From Stegostoma tigrinum (lineage: Eukaryota), in assembly GCF_030684315.1 (NCBI RefSeq), contig NC_081370.1, positions 50,424,728-50,488,727 on the forward strand: 64,000 nucleotides of DNA, written 5' to 3'. Shown one piece after another: positions 1 through 11,077 of this stretch. The notes below the pieces were generated by a model. It ran no database searches. It saw only the letters and a program-made list of their open reading frames with translations, and was not told the origin of the DNA. The position numbers were made by a program, and so were the translations under genes. Numbering within the stretch: the first letter of the stretch is position 1; each line of letters begins with the position of its first letter.

Positions 1-811
1 ATCTTGCAAAACAAGTTGGATCTGAAGTAGGGGAGTGTGAGGATGTTGAAGAGTTGCTTGAGTCCCACTGTGAAGACCTGTACAGCTGATGTACAACAAC
101 TTGTCGCTGACAGGATAGTGGAAGCTGGAGATGAAGAAGTATAGTCCAGAATGCAGTGCCACAGAGCTTTCCACTTCTGTTTTGTCTTCTATCCTGAGGG
201 ATATTGAGAAGCAGTTTTAGCTCTTAGAGAATTACGATTACAATGCAGAACGCAGCAGAGTAGCAGTTTGAGGGATTAGGTCTTATTTGGCACCTTATGA
301 ACAGCTTCTTCATGAAAGAAGGAAAAAGGGCAAAGCAGCAAAAACTGGATGGCTTTTTTAAGCCAACTCCCAATTAAACAGTCAGAAGACAATGAACCAC
401 AGCCATCCACTTCTGGATTAACTAATTTTCACTCTTACCCTACAAACACAACTGTAACTGAAGGTACTGGTGATGATGATGATGACGACAACAACAACCC
501 TCAGCCCCTGTATTAACAACAGAACAATGTCCAAGACTCCTCCCCCAGCAAGTCATTTTGACACTTTTTCAAGATAAGGTGTTAAATTGCCCTTTATTTC
601 ATTCTTCGATGTGAATTAAACATTTATTCATACTGTGCTATCCTTTGTTTGTCTTTTGAGTGTTTTTTTCGATCGATTTTTGAGGGGGTTTTTTTGGTGG
701 TTTGCCCTAACCCCACTTTTCCCATAGGCTTCCTCATTTCTGTGGCATGATTTTCTGTAATGCAGTGTTGTGCTGGAGTGCAGCAATCATGTTATAGCAA
801 AACCAATAGTA
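1..811 (+). mobile_element. Tigger/pogo-family DNA transposon remnant (3' part)
   Basis: Degenerate translation LAKQVG..EDVEELLESH and ..APYEQLLHERRKK...LDGFFKP resembles the TIGD/Tigger transposase C-terminus; contains stops and frameshifts; ends near a TA. Confidence 0.6.
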
Positions 812-822
812 CAAATATACAT

Positions 823-911
823 TAGAGATAACAAGGTGTAGAGCTGGATGAACACAGCAGGCCAAGCAGCATCAGAGGAGCAGGAAAGCTGATGTTTCAG
901 GCCTAGACCCT
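823..911 (-). mobile_element. Solo Penelope pseudo-LTR fragment
   Basis: gataacaaggtgtagagctggatgaacacagcaggccaagcagcatc...tagaccct, same family as the PLE termini at 6027/7877/61490. Confidence 0.8.
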
Positions 912-1329
912 ATTTGCCTTCTGATTGTTGTTTCAAAACCTGATTGGAAGCAGCTGGTCTTCAGTTATCACTTATCTTTGACTTAATAGCTGAGAAATTT
1001 TAGACTAAAGTAAATTTTCTCTCACACTATAGAGTACATTAATATGTAAATCTACACTCATCATTACAAATTACAGAGGAACAACACTGATATCTACTAA
1101 ACATTGTGGAAATTTGCCTGGGAAGGTTCTGTTTCCAAAAAGCAGGACAAGTCTATTGTAGCTACTTGCTGCCACGTCTGTCTACTCTTGTTCATTGGCA
1201 AAGGTAATTAACAGTACTAACAAGTGACGTTGGCAAAAGGATGTTCAGTTTGGATCATTTGGCTTCTGGCCTCATTAGGCCTTAGTCAGACAAAGACAAA
1301 AGAACTAAATTCCAGGTGAATGCATCTGC

Positions 1330-1990
1330 AATAGGGTTAGGAAGATGATTATGGTTTTGGAGGTCATTTTCATCTGCTCCATCAATTATCTTTCTCTTGC
1401 AAAATGTTCACTACTCATTACAGCAAGAATTGACCATTTTTTTTTGGCCAGCATTTGCACCACCGAAGTACCAAACAATGACTGTCTCCAAAAAGCAAGA
1501 ATCTAACCATCACCCTTTGATGTTCAATGACATTACCACCACTGAATCCACACGATCAAAATCTTGGCCATTGTCACTCTACTGGACCAGCCAAATAAAT
1601 ACTGTGCCTACAAGAACAGGTCAGAGGTTAGGAATTCTACAGCAAGCAACTCACCTTCTTTCACCCTAATGAAATATTCTCCACTTGCTTGAATTGGTTG
1701 TAGCTTCAACACACAGAAAATAAAAACCTTTATCTTCCAGAGCCACGTGATTATGACCCTATCTACCACTTGTGTTCACTCTCTTCGTCACTGACGCACC
1801 CTGGCAACCGTGTACACCATGTACAATATGCACTGTTGTAACTTACAAGACTCCAAGAGCACCATCCAAACCTGTGACCTCTACTGCCTAGAAGGAAAAG
1901 TGCAGCAAATGCATGGGAATACCATATTGCTATTCCTTCACTGTTGCTGGTCAAAAAATCCAGACCTCCCTTCCTAACGGCTTTGTCAAA
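1330..1990 (+). mobile_element. Old CR1/L2-clade LINE fragment
   Basis: Similar to 26390-27517 (caatgactgtctccaaaaagcaagaatctaacc, ataaatactgtgcctacaagaacaggtcagagg). Confidence 0.6.
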
Positions 1991-2139
1991 GCAAAGACGA
2001 GTCCACACCTGCGAATATCTAAACAAAATATCTGCTCTTTAAATATTTTGGTGTGATCTAAGTGCACTTGCTAAACAATCCCAGCTGTACTAGCAACAAA
2101 TTTACAATTAACAGTGAAGCTTTGAAGCTTGTAATGTGG

Positions 2140-2940
2140 CTCATTTCACTTGGTAGCAGTGGCATACATTCACTGAGCCATTCTCTGGAAACAAAAGGAA
2201 TGTGTTTAAGCCTTGTCTCTGTTTTTGAATTATGTTAGAGCTTAGCGGAGCCTGTAGTTCCACATAACTTTCTGTATTGGAATGCTTTATCCAATCAGTT
2301 GGTCAGCACCCTTTTCTCCCGTGATAGTAGTAGTTGTATCTGTGTGAAATTTGGTAATCTTGTGTTGTCCTGATGTGTGTGAGATGAAAGGTATTGAAAA
2401 CATATCTGTCTTCATAAAGTTCTGTCCTTCCAACTGACTTTGTAAAAGAAAGAGAGGGCAGTTATCTCCCAAGTCCTAGCCAATATTTATTCTTCTATCA
2501 GCATCATTTTAATAAAAAATTATCTAACCATTACTCCTTTGCTGTTGCTAGAGTTTGCTATGCACAATTGGGTCTTCTGCATTTTCTACATTGAAACTTA
2601 TTAAACTTCAAATTTGAATGATTTGGCTGCAAATTGCTTTGAAATATCCAGTGCTCCAGAAGGACACTATTATCAGTGCAAATGTTATGTCACAATCTGC
2701 ACTATCAGAAACATTTTTTTTTCCTCTATTGCTGTTTGTAGGACAGTGCTGTGCAGTAATTGGTGGGCATGTTTCCCAGGTGGCAACGGTGACTGCACTT
2801 CCAAAGGAAGTACTGTATGTGCTCTTGACAAAATTAACCCTGCAAACTTTGGCCTATAGCATTGGTCTCTATAAAGTGGAGGAATGTATAAGATAATAAA
2901 CTGAAGTGCTTTGGGGTATTGAATGCAAATTCTTTATTAC
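2140..2940 (+). mobile_element. Degenerate Deu-domain SINE (SacSINE1/AmnSINE1-like) with duplicated 3' part
   Basis: gtcctagccaatatttattc ... ttgctgttgctagagtttgctatgcacaattgg, and a second copy ttgctgtttgtaggacagtgctgtgcagtaattgg; resembles the Deu domain as I recall it. Confidence 0.5.
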
Positions 2941-3049
2941 TCTGATTTTTGTAATGCTGTTTTAAAATTAAGTAGAAAGTCTAATCATGCTTGTAGTGCT
3001 GAAAAAAGGTGCATTTTGTTTATGTCCTTATTGAAATACCTTGCCATTA

Positions 3050-5220
3050 CAAGGTAAGCGAGGTAGACTCAGCACGTTTCAAGGCAAGGACTTGTTGACT
3101 CGATCAGGAGTTTGCACAGTGTACAGCAAGAGATGATCTGATCAAGGTAGCCATTATCCCACTGGCTTTATGGTGCCCAATTTTTGCATCAAATTTGCAC
3201 AGTAAACACATATCTCGAGTCCTGTTCACAAGATTGCCAATAGCTAGTGTTACACTGTTTAGAAACAGTGAGGATCCAAATATATTTACTGACCTGTGAA
3301 GGTGAGTTTGCAGAAGGTAAGGTACTACTAGAGAACCCTTGGCTGATTTTTGAATTGGACGTTGAATGCAGGTAGCTCACTTGACTTCCATTTTAAATTT
3401 GAATTTGAACATGACCTGGAGTTCTGTAAGATGTAAGTGAAGATCCAAGCATAGTAAGCAGATTTTCTTCATGTCAAAAATATGCACATAGTATGAAGTT
3501 GGTGTCATTCCTTCAAAAATGCACTTCTTGTGGAAAACAACCAGAATACTTATGGGACCTGGGCCTTCTAGGGATTTAATGGCCAAACCATGTATTCAGG
3601 CGTGCTTGGTGTTATTAAAACTGAGTTCATAAGTTCAGTGAATACCGATTCATGAAGTCATGGTGGATCTAGATTACCATGCTGCAGCGCTGATGTCTAT
3701 GGCTTTCTTGAGTGGTACATTGGTGAATAGGCTAGTAATGTCAGATGAGTACATGGATTCTGCTTGCTCAAAACTGGTTGTAGCAATTTTACCCAACCAT
3801 TTGTCCAGTTTACGTTGTGCACTCGGATTGGGCACAAAGTGACAAACGTATGTGCACTCTGAGCATCTTGTGTACGTGGATGGAGTAAGTGTGAGTATAA
3901 CCCCATTGTATATAAATCATGAGCTCATTATTCAGACACAAGTCCTGCAAACATTTTTCAGCTTCCTTTTGAATAATGCTTGTCCAGTCATACTGAGCAA
4001 AAGGCCTGATCGATACATGTTTGGACTTGTCAATAAAAGTGGCATGTACTTTGCTGATATAGCCATGCTATTTATTGGTGACTATTCTATTCCTTTTGTC
4101 AGGGCTACTGACGTACATGTCCAATTTGACTCTGAGTCCTCACAATGCTGCCAGGCATTCACGTTGGAAATGAACATCAGCCAAGTAGTTAAAAATCCTG
4201 TGGTATCTGCACTAGATTATCTGGCCGTGCCTTCAAGGATTCACTGCCTTCGGTGTGTACTGATTTGCTGTATAGTAGATGAGTTCAAAGTTTAAAGTTG
4301 ATTAAAAGATGAAGATTCACCAAAGATTAAATCATGTGCAAGAACAAACTCACTTTCAGACAGGACAAAGTCAGAAAAATATACTGTGTTTAGTGACATT
4401 GTTAATTGCATTGGCAATGTGTTTCCACTTAAGTAAGTTTACAATCCAGGCATGTTTTAAACGAGTCCTGTTTATGATGTAATCCTCTACTGAAGCAACA
4501 TTGTGACTTAATGGACCAAATCAAAAACTGGAAGAAATTTCTTTTCCACAATACACTGGTTGACAATGCTGCAAACCTACCTTCACTAGTCGTTTTGCTC
4601 CATAGGTTTGATACAGTTCCATACACTGTAAGATTGGCCTTCTCAGCAACCTTGTACAGAGCACCAAAACCATGTGTGTATTGCGCAAACTTAATGCTAA
4701 AAGAGGGTACATCAGAGTCAACAGCAAAAACAAAGTCCTAAGGAACGGTCACCGGACCCAAAATGTCAACTTTGTTTTTTCCTTCGAAGCTGCTGCCAGG
4801 CCTGCTGAGCTTTACCAGCAAATTTGGTTTTGTTCCTGATTTACAGCATTCATAGTTCTTTGAGTTTTTACATCAGAGCCATCCTGCAGGATAATGGCTA
4901 CCCTGAGCAGACCATATCTTAGTGTATATTACATAAACTCATGACTGGATCTAAGGCAGTCTTTCTTTGTCAAGTTTAAGGGTTAAGTGTTTCCAAAGTT
5001 GGAGCGGCAGCATGTTTCTCATACTATTACTATGCATTAGCAATGTGAGTAGTATTCATCATTAGCAGGCTGCTGCCTTCAAGCCAGAAAGATGCTCTGC
5101 TTATCACACAAATGAGTAATGTAGTATATGAATTTAGTGCTGGTGAGATGCCAGTTACATAAGCTAGTCTTTGGGAGATACAGCTTATCACATCAAATAG
5201 CATATCCCTTCAGCTGTGTA
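3050..5220. mobile_element. Old Penelope-like element with inverted architecture (minus-strand RT ~3050-4540; plus-strand RT C-terminus/GIY-YIG start ~4550-5220)
   Basis: Minus strand: SSDITSLFTNVPLKKAIDI, FNNT..IHGLAIKSLEGPGP, KLTFTGQ. Plus strand: KPTFTS, RAILQDNGYP, KDALLITQMSNVVYEF. Confidence 0.7.
4721..4868 (+). mobile_element. Short PLE-derived (MER6-like) insertion with degenerate hammerhead motif and 13-bp TSD
   Basis: TSD tacatcagagtca (4708-4720) / tacatcagagcca (4869-4881); host PLE reading frame rejoins when the insert is removed. Confidence 0.7.
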
Positions 5221-6084
5221 TTTGGGAAGATGTAGAGTTTCAGTTAGCAATGCGTATTTCCTAATTGCCATTGAAAGAAACATTGTTTGGAATAATGTTA
5301 TTTTCTTAAGTATGCAACAGGCAAGTGTTCCCATTAAATCAGAGATATCCAGTCAAGGAAAATGGAGAATTTGGATAGTTTGACCAATCTTTTGACATGT
5401 ATGCTGTATCTGGAGTTGTTGGACTTGATTTTCAGTGCACTAACCCAGTGTCACAATTTGAGTCCTGTGACTAGGATTTTATAATGCAGGTAATAGAAGA
5501 TTGACTATTAAGTTAGTAAGTGATAAGGGACCAAAAGGGGAAAAAACAACAGATCTTCTACTAAGGAAAGTTAAGATTGCAGTAGAAACTGCTCAAACCT
5601 TCCTGCAGATAAAAGAGAAACCCTTGGCAAACTTTGACGAGAATCCAAAAGCCAGGTTGTGTGAATTAGCAAGTAAACTGGATGTGGAATTACCTGCCAA
5701 ATCAAAAAACATAGAAATAACTGAGGATTTAGTACAGCATTGGGCTTGATGGAAACAGTGGATGGGAATGGAACTAAAAGATTGGAATTTGAGGAAATGG
5801 CATGAGAAGAAGAATTTGAGAGGCTTGAACTGCACATGCAAAGGAGAGAGGAAAAGAATTTTAGCTTAAAGTGATGCACTTTTTAAAAAAATCTAATTGC
5901 TGATGCAGACTCTAACGGGAAAATCATAAACTGTATATCATTACCCAAAGTTCTGTGAGGAAATGTTAATGTTTGTACTGGCCCGACCAAACTTTGAGCA
6001 AAAGGACCTGGTGGCATTCTTCAGTGTAATAAAATGTGAGGCTGGACGAACACAGCAGGCCAAGCAGCATCTCAGGAGCACAGA

Positions 6085-6120
6085 AGCTGACGTTTCGGGC
6101 CTAGACCCTTCATCAGAGAG
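6085..6120 (-). ncRNA. Minimal type I hammerhead ribozyme motif (PLE pseudo-LTR)
   Basis: Reverse complement reads cu-CUGAUGA-a-GGGUC ua GGCCC-GAAAC-GUC^ag. Confidence 0.75.
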
Positions 6121-6528
6121 GGAGATGAGTTCGGTGGGGCAGGAGCAGGCTGAGACGATGGGTCGACCAGGGCAGGCAGGTTTGTGGATTTTGGGAAGGA
6201 GATAGAAACGGGCCGTGCGGGGTTGGGGAACAATGAGGTTGGAGGCTGTGGGTGGGAGGTCCCCTGAGGTGATGAGGTCGTGAATGGTGTTGGAGATGAT
6301 GGTTTGGTGCTCGGGTGTGGGGTCATGATCGAGGAGGCGGTAGGAGGTGGTGTCGGAGAGTTGGCGTCTGGCCTCGGCGATGTAGAGGTCAGTGCGCCAT
6401 ACTACCACTGCGCCACCCTTGTGTGCGGGTTTGATGGTGAGGTTGGGGTTGGAGCGGAGGGCTGCCCGTTCTGCGGGGGAGAGGTTGGAGTGGGTGAGAG
6501 GGGTGGAGAGGTTGAGGCGGTTGATGTC

Positions 6529-7800
6529 TCAACGGCAGTTGGAGATGAAGAGGTCGAGGGAGGGTAGGAGGCCTGGGGGTGGTGTCCAGGAGGAGGACTT
6601 GTGTTGGAAGCGGGTGAAGGGGTCAGTGGAAGGAGGGTTAGGTTCCCGGTTGAAGAAGTAGGCGTGGAGGCGAAGACGGCGGAAAAACTGCTCTATGTCC
6701 AACCGTGACTGGTATTCGTTGATGTGTGGTTGTAGGGGGACAAAGGTGAGCCCCTTGCTAAGGACTGACCGTTCGTCCTCAGTCAGTGGGAGGTCTGGGG
6801 GGATGGTGAAGATGCGGCAGGGCTCAGTGTGGCTGTCTCCTCTGGGGTTGCAGGCTGTGGAGGTTGTGGGCGGAGCGATGAGGTCGTTGGCCGTGGGCGG
6901 GGTTCCGTTGGCCGTGGGCGGGGTTCCGTCGGCGGAGACCGTGGGCGGGGTTCCGTCGGCGGAGACCGTGGGCGGGGTTCCGTCGGCGGAGACCGTGGGT
7001 GGGGTTCCGTCGGCGGAGACCGTGGGCGGGGTTCCGTCGGCGTCGACCGTGGGCGGGGTTCCGTCGGCGGTTGGAGGATCGGGGTGGGCGGCAGCAGCTG
7101 AGGTGAGGGTGGTGTGTGGGGTGTAGTACCTGGACGTGGAGGTGGTGACTGCAGCAGCGGTTCCGGAAGTGCTGTGGCCGGCGGAGGCGGATGTGACGTC
7201 ATCGGTGGGGCCTCCGGCCGTGTCCTCATGGTCAATGGCGGCGGGTGCATGGTGGGGGAGGGGCAGGGACAGACTCGGGATTTGGGAGGCGCAGGAATCC
7301 TCTTGTGGGGGGCAGGGGCCAGTGAGTTTGTTGTACTTACGATTTTTGGTGTCCAGTAAAGCTGAGTGGAACTGGGTGTTCAGTCTGTGGATCCTGCGGA
7401 GGATGAAAAACAGCAGGGGTCCTTTGCAGGTCTGGGAGAGGGAGGCTCTGAGCTGGGGCAGGCTGGATTGCAGTGCCTGGAGGTGCCGGCGCATGGCTGC
7501 GAGAGTCTGTTTCAGGAGTCGCAGGGAGAAACGCTTCTGAAGGGTCTGAATAAGCTGGGTGTAGAGGTGGTCACGGTTGGGGCCAAATTGGGAAGGCTGA
7601 AATGTGGACTGTAGTCCCTTTGGGATGATCTGGTTCCGTAGGCAGGTGCTGAGGAAGGTGATGTGGCTGTGGTACCTGGTTTGCTTCAGGACATGGTCGA
7701 GCAGTTTCAAGGCCGAAGAGATTACAAGAGAGTTGCAATGGGAGAGAGATTCCCTGAGGTTGGTCCGGAGGGAGGAGGGTAACTTCTTCAGGTTAGGCAT
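6529..7800 (-). CDS. PLE ORF N-terminal region (423 aa; basic helical domain plus Pro/Thr-rich linker); frame continues past a single TGA into the RT N-terminus
   Basis: ORF track; LSKGLTFVP and FFRRLRL motifs; same frame as ORF 5941-6408 (7800-6408=1392, divisible by 3). Confidence 0.7.
   Translation of the reverse strand: MPNLKKLPSSLRTNLRESLSHCNSLVISSALKLLDHVLKQTRYHSHITFLSTCLRNQIIPKGLQSTFQPSQFGPNRDHLYTQLIQTLQKRFSLRLLKQTLAAMRRHLQALQSSLPQLRASLSQTCKGPLLFFILRRIHRLNTQFHSALLDTKNRKYNKLTGPCPPQEDSCASQIPSLSLPLPHHAPAAIDHEDTAGGPTDDVTSASAGHSTSGTAAAVTTSTSRYYTPHTTLTSAAAAHPDPPTADGTPPTVDADGTPPTVSADGTPPTVSADGTPPTVSADGTPPTVSADGTPPTANGTPPTANDLIAPPTTSTACNPRGDSHTEPCRIFTIPPDLPLTEDERSVLSKGLTFVPLQPHINEYQSRLDIEQFFRRLRLHAYFFNREPNPPSTDPFTRFQHKSSSWTPPPGLLPSLDLFISNCR
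6886..7070. repeat. 27-bp GC-rich minisatellite (~7 units; encodes VSADGTPPT on the minus strand)
   Basis: Repeated ccgtgggcggggttccgtcggcggaga units. Confidence 0.95.
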
Positions 7801-7934
7801 CCCTGGAAGAGGCTTCGCAGTGAGGTTGAAATAGTATCAGAGATAATGGGAACTGCAGATGCTGGAGATTCCAAGATAATAAAATGTGAGGCTGGACGAA
7901 CACAGCAGGCCAAGCAGCATCTCAGGAGCACAGA

Positions 7935-7968
7935 AGCTGACGTTTCGGGCCTAGACCCTTCATCAGAG
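7935..7968 (-). ncRNA. Minimal type I hammerhead ribozyme motif (PLE pseudo-LTR)
   Basis: Identical core to the 6085-6120 copy. Confidence 0.75.
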
Positions 7969-8747
7969 GGCATTCTTCAGGTAATTTGGGAAAACAGTGA
8001 GATCAATGAATTGACCATGCAGAGTAGGTTGATTGCTAAAGCAAAAGAATTTTATGCTTCAGTTTCAGAGATTTGTATTAAGTGCGTATGTCTGAGAAGC
8101 ATACAGGCAGAAGTTTTGAAATTTAAGGAACCAGCCCGGCAAACTTGCATTGAATTTGAAAGATTAAGCAAAATAATTTTGACAGGTGGATTCGAGTTTT
8201 AGGAATTGAATCCATGTATGCTATACTTGGAAGAATTTAAGAACTCACTACCTCTTTGTAATAAGAACTCATGGAGGGCCAGAGTTACAAGACACAGTAC
8301 TGACTGATAATTATGAGCTGCTCTAAAAGACTGAACCTTTATTTTTCGGTCATCTGCATAAACCCAAGAAGAACAGAGTGGTGGGAGAATGAAAGGAAGG
8401 CAAGGTAAAAGAAAGGGTAGTTGGGAATGACCCAGAAATATTCCAGGCCTCTCTGAACACCAGATTAGTTCTGATGGGGGAAGGGATGGGGGAGCCTGGA
8501 GAATTGCAAATGCCACACTGTTGTTGAAGAAAGGGGCAAAAGGTAACAGAGGAAGTGGCAAACTCGTCAGATTGACAACAATAGTGGGAAAAATGGTGGT
8601 TGCCATAATATGAGCTAAGGTGAATATACACCTGAATAAAAATAAGTTAATACAATACAGTCCACATAGCTTTGTCAAGGGCAGGTCATGTCTGACTAAT
8701 TTAGTTGAGTTCTTTGAGGTATCACAGGCAATGGATGAGGGTAGTTT

Positions 8748-9083
8748 GCTTTATTCAAATGTGGGATATAGGTGTCTCTAGCCAGGCCAGCATTTATTCC
8801 CCATCCCTCACTGCCCAAAGGACAATTAGAAGTCAACCAACTTGCTGTGGATTTGGAGTCATGACAACAGTTTTTCTTTCCTAAAGGACATTAGTGAATC
8901 AGATGGGTTTTTCAACAATCTGCATTGGTTTTGTGGTCATCATTAGACCCTAATTCCAAAATTTTTCTTGATTTCAAATTCCCCTATCTGCAATTGCAGG
9001 ATTTGTATCCAGGTCTCCAGAACATTGGCTGAGTTTCTGGATTAAAAATCTAGTGATAATACCGCAAGGCCATTGCCTCCCCA
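8748..9083 (-). mobile_element. SINE with gggaataaatgctggcc...gaataa tail, inserted in CR1
   Basis: Related to 59583-59930 and 39285-39640; tail shared with the LINE at 26390-27517. Confidence 0.6.
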
Positions 9084-9316
9084 GTGCTGTCGATGTTGTG
9101 TGCCTAGACTTTCAGAAAGCATTTGATGTGGTGCCACGTGGCAGGTTGTTTATCAAATTAGAACGTTTTGGGATTGATGGGCCCATGACATCACGGATTA
9201 GAAATTGGCTAAAAGGAAACAGATCGGCATTGCTCAGATTAGCGAGCATTGAGAAGATTTGTAGCTCAGGTTGAGGTTCTGGATGGGAGATTGCTCGCTG
9301 AGCTGGAAGGTTAGTT

Positions 9317-9358
9317 TTTAGACGTTTCGTCACCATTCTAGGTAACATCATCAGTGAG
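9317..9358 (-). ncRNA. Hammerhead ribozyme motif (Poseidon-like pseudo-LTR)
   Basis: Reverse complement: cuca-CUGAUGA-u-GUUACC uagaau GGUGAC-GAAAC-GUC^uaaa. Confidence 0.75.
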
Positions 9359-9853
9359 CCTCCGACGAAGCGCTGGTGTTATGTCCCGCTTTCTATTTAT
9401 CTGGTTAGGTTTCCTTGGGTTGGTGATGTCATTTCCTGTTCTTTTTCTCAGAGGATGGTAGATTGGCTCCAAATCAATGTGTTTGTTGATGGAGTTCCGG
9501 TTGGAATGCCATGCTTCTAGGAATTCTCGTGCGTGTCTCTGTTTGGCTTGTCCTAGGATGGATGTGTTGTCCCAATCAAAGTGGTGTCCTTCCTCTTCTG
9601 TATGTAAGGATACGAGTGATAGTGGGTCATGTCGTTTTGTGGCTAGTTGATGTTCGTGTATCCTGGTGGCTAGCTTTCTGCCAGTTTGTCCAATGTAGTG
9701 TTTGTCACAGTTCTTGCAAGGTATTTTGTAGATGACGTTTGTTTTATTTGTTGTCTGTATAGGGTCTTTTAAGTTCATTAGCTGCTGTTTTAGTGTGTTG
9801 GTGGGTTTGTGGGCTATCCTGGTGCCAAGAGGTCCGAGTAGTCTGGCAGTCAT
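9338..9853 (-). pseudogene. PLE GIY-YIG endonuclease domain (open segment of a frameshifted ORF)
   Basis: VIY-CxxC-YIG-R-EH...E...N motifs. Confidence 0.85.
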
Positions 9854-11077
9854 TTCGGAAACGTCTTTGATGTAGGGGAGAGTGGTTATGGTTTCTGAGC
9901 CCGTTTTGTTTGTTTGGGTTTATTGCTGAGGAATCGGCGGACTGTGTTCATAGGGTACCCGTTCTTTTTGAATACGCTGTATAGGTGATTTTCCTCTGCT
10001 CTGCGTAGTTCCTCTGTGCTGCAGTGTGTGGTGGCTCGTTGGAATAATGTTCTAATGCAGCTTCGTTTGTGGGTGTTGGGATGGTTGCTCCTGTAGTTCA
10101 GTATTTGGTCCGTATGTGTTGTTTTCCTGTAGACGCTGGTTTGAAGTTCCCCATTGACTGTTCACTCTACTGTGACATCTAGGAATGGCAGTTTGCTGTT
10201 GTTTTCCTCCTCTTTTGTGAATGTTACGCCAGTAAAGGGTGTTATTGATGGTCTTGAAGGTTTCCTCTAATTTGTTCTGTTTAGTGATGACAGAGGTGTC
10301 AACCACATAACGGACCCAAAGTTTGAGTTGGATGCTTGGCAGCGCTGTTTGTTCGAGTCTCTGCATTACTGCCTCTGCTAAGAACCCTGATATCGGAGAT
10401 CCCATGGGTGTACTGTTGGTTTGTCTCTAGGTTTTGTTGTTGAAAGTGAAGTGGGTGGTGAGGCATAGGTCCACTAGCTTGGTGATGTTGTCCTTGCTGA
10501 TGAGGTTGGTGGTGTCCAGTGTATGTGTCTTCAGTTCTTGTAATAGTGTAGTCAGTTTGGCCAGGTTGATGTTGATGGATGTGAACAGGGCTGTTACGTC
10601 AAAGGAGACCATTATTTCATCATCTTCTATCTCGGTGTCTTTGGTGTTCAGGAATTCTTGGGTGGAGCGAATGGAGTGGTGGGAGTCTTCTACTTTTAGC
10701 CTTTGGTGTAATTCCTTGGCTAATCTGTAGGTTGGTGTTCCAGGTAGCGACACTATGGGTCTGAGGGGGACTCCTGGTTTGTGAATTTTTGGTAGTCCGT
10801 AGAAGCGTGGTGTGTTGGATCCATCTGGTTTCATTTTTTTGGAAGCCTCTCTTGTTTAATTCGCCAGATTTTTGAAGATTTTTGAGTAAGGCTGTGATTC
10901 GGTTCTCTAGTTGTGGGGTCGGGTCTATCGCCACCTGTTGATAAGTGTCAGTATGTGCAAGCAGTGTGTTCGCTTTCTCAATGTAGTCTGTTCGGTTTAA
11001 GATGACTGTCAAGCGTCCTTTGCCTGCAGGTAGGATAACGAATGTTTTTATCTTTTTTGAGTCATCCAAAAGAGGAC

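Larger units (their letters stand above)
6025..7968 (-). mobile_element. Young, internally deleted (non-autonomous) Neptune-like Penelope element with direct pseudo-LTRs
   Basis: Identical 92-nt direct repeats at 6027-6118 and 7877-7968; TSD ggcattcttcag (6013-6024 / 7969-7980); ORF with EQFFRRLRL, KPAHKGGAVVVW and FYLLPKIHKP..GRPIVS joined directly to the 3' repeat. Confidence 0.9.
5560..8590 (+). mobile_element. Gypsy-type LTR retrotransposon gag (SCAN-like) remnant, interrupted by a PLE
   Basis: KARLCELASKL; PNFEQKDLVAFF / QSRLIAKAKEFYASVSE either side of the insertion; KEPARQTCIEFERL; LEEFKNSLP; many frameshifts. Confidence 0.7.

Noticed and set aside
6529-6531. In-frame TGA in the PLE ORF as a selenocysteine or readthrough codon (some Naiad PLEs use Sec)
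   Set aside because: The context NCR*DIN fits a CGA>TGA CpG transition at an Arg position rather than a Cys position, and I saw no SECIS.
6886-7070. Regular repeats as a possible CRISPR array
   Set aside because: The units are tandem with no unique spacers, in a eukaryotic context.
6695-7614. Several long plus-strand ORFs over the GC-rich PLE
   Set aside because: They are antisense shadows of the PLE ORF and minisatellite, with no independent coding signal.
7788-7973. Cys-rich short ORFs (VLLRCCLACCV) recurring at ~6000, 7800, 20700 and 61400
   Set aside because: They are translations of the non-coding pseudo-LTR repeat, not a peptide gene family.
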